64,000 nt of DNA from positions 205,716,001 through 205,780,000 of the forward strand of contig OZ024741.1 of the NCBI GenBank assembly GCA_964016885.1, given 5' to 3'. The position numbers and the translations under genes were made by a program. This stretch comes from Eledone cirrhosa. Taxonomy: Eukaryota. The notes under the pieces were generated by a model. The model did no database searches and was not told the DNA's origin. It saw nothing but the letters and a program-made list of their open reading frames with translations. Shown one piece after another: positions 57,913 through 64,000 of the stretch; positions within the stretch are counted from its first letter, which is position 1; each line of letters starts with the position of its first letter.

Positions 57913-58206
57913 CAGTTGTCCCCCGGTATTCGCGAATATTGGACATGGTACATAAAAATGCCTATAAACGTCAAAATATGACCTAAAATATAACTAAAAA
58001 AAAAGGGGCGTCCAATAGGCTGGCTAATGGGCATATTGTTATTAATAATTTAGCGTTAAAAAATATGTATTGTCACGAAAAAAGCCATTAAAAAATTGCG
58101 GAAAATATTTACGATTCTATGAATATATGGTAGCTTCCACGAACAATTATTAGGTTCTAAGGAAAATACCGTGAATTGCGGGATCGTGAATGTTGAGGGT
58201 ACACTG
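57913..58206. mobile_element. Tc1/mariner (Tigger/pogo-type) MITE
   Basis: TA-CAGTTGTCCCCCGGTATTCGCG ... CGTGAATGTTGAGGGTACACTG-TA: imperfect TIRs with a TA duplication. Confidence 0.7.
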
Positions 58207-58227
58207 TATATTGAAAGTACTCTACAT

Positions 58228-58433
58228 CAAGCATGTCAAACTAAGGGTCCCCCGAGGGCCACATGGGTCACATGTGTGTTGACTGAGGGCCACACATGGC
58301 AACTAATTGCGCACATTACAACTAATACTTTTTATTTTATATTACGCTCGCGCTGCAAAAACCTTTGTGCGTACCGCAGGTGTGCTTGTAAAGGGCCGCA
58401 TGCGGCCCGTGGGTCGCATGCTTGACATGCCTG
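58228..58433. mobile_element. hAT (Buster/Charlie-type) MITE, copy 1
   Basis: TIRs CAAGCATGTCAA / TTGACATGCCTG; perfect 8-bp TSD CTCTACAT. Confidence 0.9.
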
Positions 58434-58814
58434 CTCTACATCATATGCATGTTGTGCTAAATAATGCTATGTTGTGTATGACGAGGAATTTTATTTTCGC
58501 ATCTGTCTGAACATTTATAACTCATTCACAAGGCACCTATTATTATAGGAATTGTTTCTGTTTACAATCCTCACATTCTGGTTATCTCTTTTTCATGATC
58601 TTTATAATTGGATAACTTCTCTATTACGTTTAGAAATACGTTGATATCTGTTGAGACTGATATTTCGATTAGAAGGCATTTAATTCCTTGTTAGCTTTTC
58701 ATAACGACATCCGGCTGATTAGCTTTAGCTCCCTATCTGCGCGAACTGATATCTCCAATCAAAAATAGTCATAAGACATTTTCTGATGTGCATATCAGTG
58801 AAAGTACTCTACAT

Positions 58815-59001
58815 CAGGCATGTCAAACATGCGGACCTTTACAAGCACACCTGCGGCCCGCTCAAAGGTTTTTACAGCGTGAGCATGTTTTTTCTTCGTA
58901 ATATTAGTTGTAATGTGCGCAATTAGTTGTTGTGTGTGGCCCTCAGACAACATATATGTGACCAATGTGGTCCTTGGGGGACCCCCAGTTTGACATGCCT
59001 G
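58815..59001. mobile_element. hAT MITE, copy 2, opposite orientation
   Basis: TIRs CAGGCATGTCAAAC / GTTTGACATGCCTG; TSD CTCTACAT/CTCTACGT. The interior is the reverse complement of copy 1. Confidence 0.9.
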
Positions 59002-59039
59002 CTCTACGTAATAAATATATATAGAGAAGAAGAACCGAT

Positions 59040-59497
59040 CCCTAGTACTGAATTGGTAGTTATTTTATCAACCTCGAAATGAAAGGTAAAATTAACATTG
59101 GTGGGATTTGAATTCATAGCGCAGAGAGCTGGAACGAATTTCGCCAAGCATTCTGTCCGACGTTCTAACCACTTTACCAATTCACCGCCATGTAGTGTCT
59201 CTTTTCTGTTCCTATAATTTTTCGTTGAATAAAATATTTTGTGGTATTCGTTCCAGCTTTCTACGTTCTGAGTTCAAATCCTACCGAGGTCAACTTTGCC
59301 TTTCATCCTTTCGAGTCGATAAAATAAAGTACCTTCCTCCTAAACTACTGGTTTTAAAACTATTATATTTTTACTGGTCTGAGTTCAAATCCCGTCGAGG
59401 TTAACTTTGCCTTTCATCCTTACGGGGTCGATAAAATAAAGTACCAGTAATGCACTGGGATAATTGCTGGCCTTGTGCCAAAAGTAGAAACAATTAT
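59040..59497. mobile_element. Cluster of SINE pieces (minus ~59040-59190; plus ~59225-59330 and ~59378-59497)
   Basis: B box and central-domain matches. Confidence 0.8.
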
Positions 59498-59521
59498 TTT
59501 TACTGCGAGCTTTCCCTGAAA

Positions 59522-59838
<317 letters not shown>

Positions 59839-60146
59839 TACATCAAAGTTTTCCTTTCTGACATAAACTCATTAATCGGTTTTATGTTGGTAAATATACG
59901 AATAAATGTTGAAGATATTCTGTGAGAACATTGAAATAATATTTATATAGCATGCTGTTATTATTTGGAACGTGCTTACGATAATCGTTATAGTTAACCT
60001 TTATACGAGTGATTGTCTACATTAAAAGTCTAATGGAATCATCGGCATATTTCTTATGATTCATCCTCCGTCTGTTTCGACGTTCTACTCATTAAAATTT
60101 CTATCCAAAAAGCTATTGTATATAAAGATTACGTATTATATTTCCA

Positions 60147-60276
60147 GCATAGAGTTACGCCCCTTTCCATTCTGAGTTCAAATCCCGCCGAGGTTAACTT
60201 TGCCTTTCATCCTTACGGGGTCCGATAAAATAAAGTACCAGTAATGCACTGGCCTTGTGCCAAAAGTAGAAACAAT
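60147..60276 (+). mobile_element. 5'-truncated SINE
   Basis: GAGTTCAAATCCCGCCGAGGTTAACTTTGCCTTTCATCC...GTAGAAACAATT. Confidence 0.85.
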
Positions 60277-60607
60277 TCTATAGATATATATTATAATGCA
60301 GCACGGCATTGAAACAAAACCCTGTTAACTCACGAGCACTATATTAATCGAACTATCAATAATGCGTTATATATGCAAATCGGTCTATCCGATTTACTTA
60401 AGCCCTTTGTAACTACTTTATAAGCAGTATCTCTGTGAACAGTTAAAGAAAATATTCGGTTGCTGATGATATTCGATCATGATTGAAACACATCTCGCTC
60501 ATCCATCTTTTTATGTCTTCGAAAATATTGTATAATATATAAAGACTGTTCACACACTACTATTTCGTATTGAGTACTCATTTGAGACAGTTTTCCTTAC
60601 TCTAACA

Positions 60608-61329
60608 CACAGGTTCTCAACCCATTTAGGCCAAACGCCCCCTTTTGTCCTTCGAAATCACGAAACGCCCCCCCCCCCCCCACCCCTCCCCGCCACCCTA
60701 TTTTTCCATTTTTCAATATACTACTGATTTTTATATCAGTAGATTACTAAAAAATTGATTAACAATATTTCAAAGATGTGTGTATTATCTGATTATGTGT
60801 TGTATGTGGTCCTAGATGTGTGTATTATCTGATTATCTGTTGTATGTGGTCCTAGATGTGTGTATTATCTGATTATGTGTTGTATGTGGTCCTAGATGTG
60901 TGTATTATCTGATTATGTGTTGTATGTGGTCCTAGATGTGTGTATTATCTGATTATGTGTTGTATGTGGTCCTAGATGTGTGTATTATCTGATTATGTGT
61001 TGTATGTGGTCCTAGATGTGTGTATTTTTAGGATCTCAATTACCGGTTAACGTCTCAATTACCGGACATGCCTGCACACCTGCTCACAGCTGCGGTCAGA
61101 CTATAGTTATGCTGTCTGCAAGCTCATTCAAATGCATTCACACTGGCTGTCTCAAAGACATACAAATATGGCTTATAAAACTTACCAAAATAAAGAGTCT
61201 TCCAGCCCCCCCCCCCCCCCCCCCCCCCACACACACACCTAACCCCTTCCCCCAGCTCCAAACGCCCCCCTGGAGTTCCGAAACGCCCCCCCAGGGGTGC
61301 ATATGCCCCCCCCCCGTTGAGAACCTTTG
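60608..61329. mobile_element. hAT MITE carrying a 40-bp tandem array (~6 copies, 60774-61026)
   Basis: TIRs CACAGGTTCTCAAC / GTTGAGAACCTTTG; perfect 8-bp TSD CTCTAACA; subterminal AAACGCCCCC motifs at both ends. Confidence 0.9.
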
Positions 61330-61851
61330 CTCTAACAGAAAAAAGGGATTGGCAGAGTCTCTAGTTTACACTCTGTGATATTGTAAAACTACATATATAT
61401 AATCTGATTGATAAAATGACAAGTCAGTCAATCATATTGGTGGCCTCCCCCCAGCTCCGGCGAACAGAATAGAGAAGGCGTTTCCCCGGAGGACGCGCTG
61501 GAAAAGCCACTCCAACTCGCGGGGCTCACACATGCGACTGGCCAGCTCAGCGCCTATGGCAGTGAGTAGGGAGTAAGAAAATTCAACACGCTCTTTCTCA
61601 TTCTCTCTCTCTCTCTCTCACACACACACGTGCGCGCGCACCCCCACAAACACACACACTCACAAACACACACATACACATAATTATTTCTACTTTTGGC
61701 ATTAGGTCAGTAATTACTCCAGTGCATTACTGGTGCTTTATTTTATCGACCCCGTAAGGATACATATAACGATAGCGCATTTAAAGGGCCCAGGGTCTTG
61801 AAAGATGCCTGGTTCAGTCTGAAAATCGTACTTAAAGAGTGTGAGAACGAA

Positions 61852-63100
61852 TAGACAGACAGATAGATATCTTTCTTTATTTGCCACAGGGGCGTACAAA
61901 AATGGGACATTACAATACGTGACGGCGGGGATTTTACATAAAAATAACTTTAACATTAATAAATAACAATAAACTATATATAATAAAATAACAATTGAAA
62001 TCCCCAATAGGGTTCTTTTATACCCCGTGGATAGAACAACCCTCAATACCAGGAACACGTTTTGTAGGTGTTCCTGTCTTCCCTCTGTTTATCTTCCTCA
62101 ACCTACAGGTTTATATACAGAGAAGGCCCATTCACTCGGGCCATTTTCGCCACATTCACCTACCTTTCAGCGAATATACTGGGGTGTAGCAGTTCTCTCT
62201 CCACTCTCACCTTCCTTCTGAAGTGATACTTAAAGAAGGGTATAAGTTGTTGTCCGGAGAGAAAGGTGTTTGCCCTCAGTTCTTTTAACCTCGTCCACCA
62301 TATTACCTCTTTCGCCATAGCCACCAGACAGAGGAAAACCGCCTCTCCTTCGTTCTTAAATGAAGGCGGCGGGGTGATCCTAACGATGGACTCGCTGACA
62401 ACTGGATGCGTCCCACACGTGAGAGTAGCTGTTGGACATAATTCCACAGGTCAGTCACCCCTGGGCACTGAACAACTTAGTGCAGAATGGTTTCGATGTC
62501 CTGCTCACATCTTGGACAGGTCCTTTTGGCAGGATCTCTGCCAGGGCGTCCGTGCCAGTAGATTTTATCTCAAACTGGTAGAGCTCCTCGGTAACACTGC
62601 CAGGCCAAAGACATCTGGAAGTTATCCATAAGCCCTGGACTGAAAGTCCTCCCGAACAGTTCGTCCTCCTAGATGCCTAGAATTTCCCCGAGAACGTCGT
62701 CGCACTTATCCTCCACTAATCCCCTATAGAATGTCGAAGTGGAGTCTCTGCTGATTGCCGTTTCCGCTTGGTAGAGGGCTGTGAGCGCCTGTAGGCACTC
62801 GAGGTGCCAGGCACCCATTTTCGGTCTTCGCTTGACCCAGGACTGCAGCTCTGTTAGTGAGCCGAGTTGTGGAAGAGCTTGTCTCACAAACGACAGCCAC
62901 ACCGGTTCACTGGTCAGGAATAGCTGGAGATGGCGAAGCCTCAGCGCGGTTTGCGCATCATCAGCCACGGCATGCCCATCCCTCCGTTAGAAGGGTGTTG
63001 ACAGCAGATGGATCTCCTCACCAATGGAGCCTGTTTCTTCCAGAGGAACTTGAAGAGTAGGCGTTCATTTTGGTAAGGTATTCGCGGGGGCAAGGCACAA
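61852..63100 (-). mobile_element. Tx1/L1-type LINE 3' fragment, degenerate
   Basis: Minus pieces: LFKFLWKKQAPLVRRSICCQHPSNGGMGMP, LRHLQLFL...W, AKEVIWWTR...FFKYHFRRKVRVER. Ends with AATAAA and a (TATC/TGTC) microsatellite tail. Confidence 0.7.
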
Positions 63101-63109
63101 CAGGTAGAT

Positions 63110-63237
63110 AGGTAGGAAGATAGACCCAGAGACAGGGAGACAGAGAGACAGACAGGAAGATTAATTAATGGATAGATAGGTAGATAGCTAGATTAGATAG
63201 ATTGATAGATAGAGATCAATCACTGAGAGACAGAGAT

Positions 63238-63269
<32 letters not shown>

Positions 63270-63308
63270 GAGGAGAGGCAGACAGATGGACGGGCGGACG
63301 GACCGATG

Positions 63309-63373
<65 letters not shown>

Positions 63374-63447
63374 GCAGGTAGGTAGGTAAATAGATAAACA
63401 GATAGAAAATGAAAGTGGGTTGGAGGTAAAAAGAGAGAGAGCGAGAG

Positions 63448-63525
<78 letters not shown>

Positions 63526-63540
63526 GGGAGAGAGAGAGAT
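63110..63540. repeat. (GATA)n/(GA)n microsatellite block
   Basis: Read directly. Confidence 0.92.
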
Positions 63541-64000
63541 ATTAAGGTATTCGTTCACTTTGAAGATAAGTAGAAATACAATTATAACGAGAAGTAAACG
63601 GAAGTGAGATAAAGAAAAAACAAATGAAGCCTTAGAACCCTGAACAAATTCTGTCACTATTCAAACATAAAAATAGACGTCAATCAATAAATTTTTTGAA
63701 TAAAATACATTACTTCCCATTCCAATGTTGTATGGGAAAGTAGAGAAAGGACTATATATAAATGCCATAAATATTAGAGGTCACCTGGTTGACTAAGTAG
63801 AGGCAATGATACATTTTGAAGGCATCTTAGCTTAAAGTTATTCAAGAGCAAAAAAAAAAACAAATCTTATTTAGTAATAAAAAATAAAAAAAGGCGAATC
63901 ATAAAGAAAGAATAGGGAAATATAGAAAAAAAAAGAGAATTAAAGAAGAAAAAGAACGGGAAAAGGAGGGCATGGCAAGAGCTCTGGTGCCGCAGAAGAG

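Noticed and set aside
60774-61026. CRISPR-like 40-bp repeats
   Set aside because: Contiguous tandem copies without spacers, inside a MITE.

Overview
Eukaryotic, repeat-dominated window with no host gene I can support. It is probably cephalopod (Octopus-like), inferred from the tRNA-SINE family and the density of TA/CA microsatellites. Bases 1-27.9 kb are one G/T-skewed satellite with a ~36-bp unit derived from (GGT)n. It has higher-order duplications (1,686-bp and 9,240-bp offsets), and the giant ORFs over it are most likely compositional artefacts. Bases 28-64 kb are a transposon nest. It holds Penelope-like elements (PLEs; RT + GIY-YIG) of two lineages, including a 5.8-kb head-to-head palindrome whose arms share the same frameshift and the same UGA. 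It also holds RTE, Tx1/L1-type and R4/Dong-type LINE remnants, a non-autonomous Helitron, hAT and Tigger-type MITEs, and tandem SINEs. The main hidden signal is a cluster of about 10 minimal type I hammerhead-ribozyme motifs in about 6 sequence families. They lie in PLE terminal repeats and in small non-coding, retrozyme-like units inserted in (TA)n, and most sit next to an inverted (fold-back) copy of sequence.
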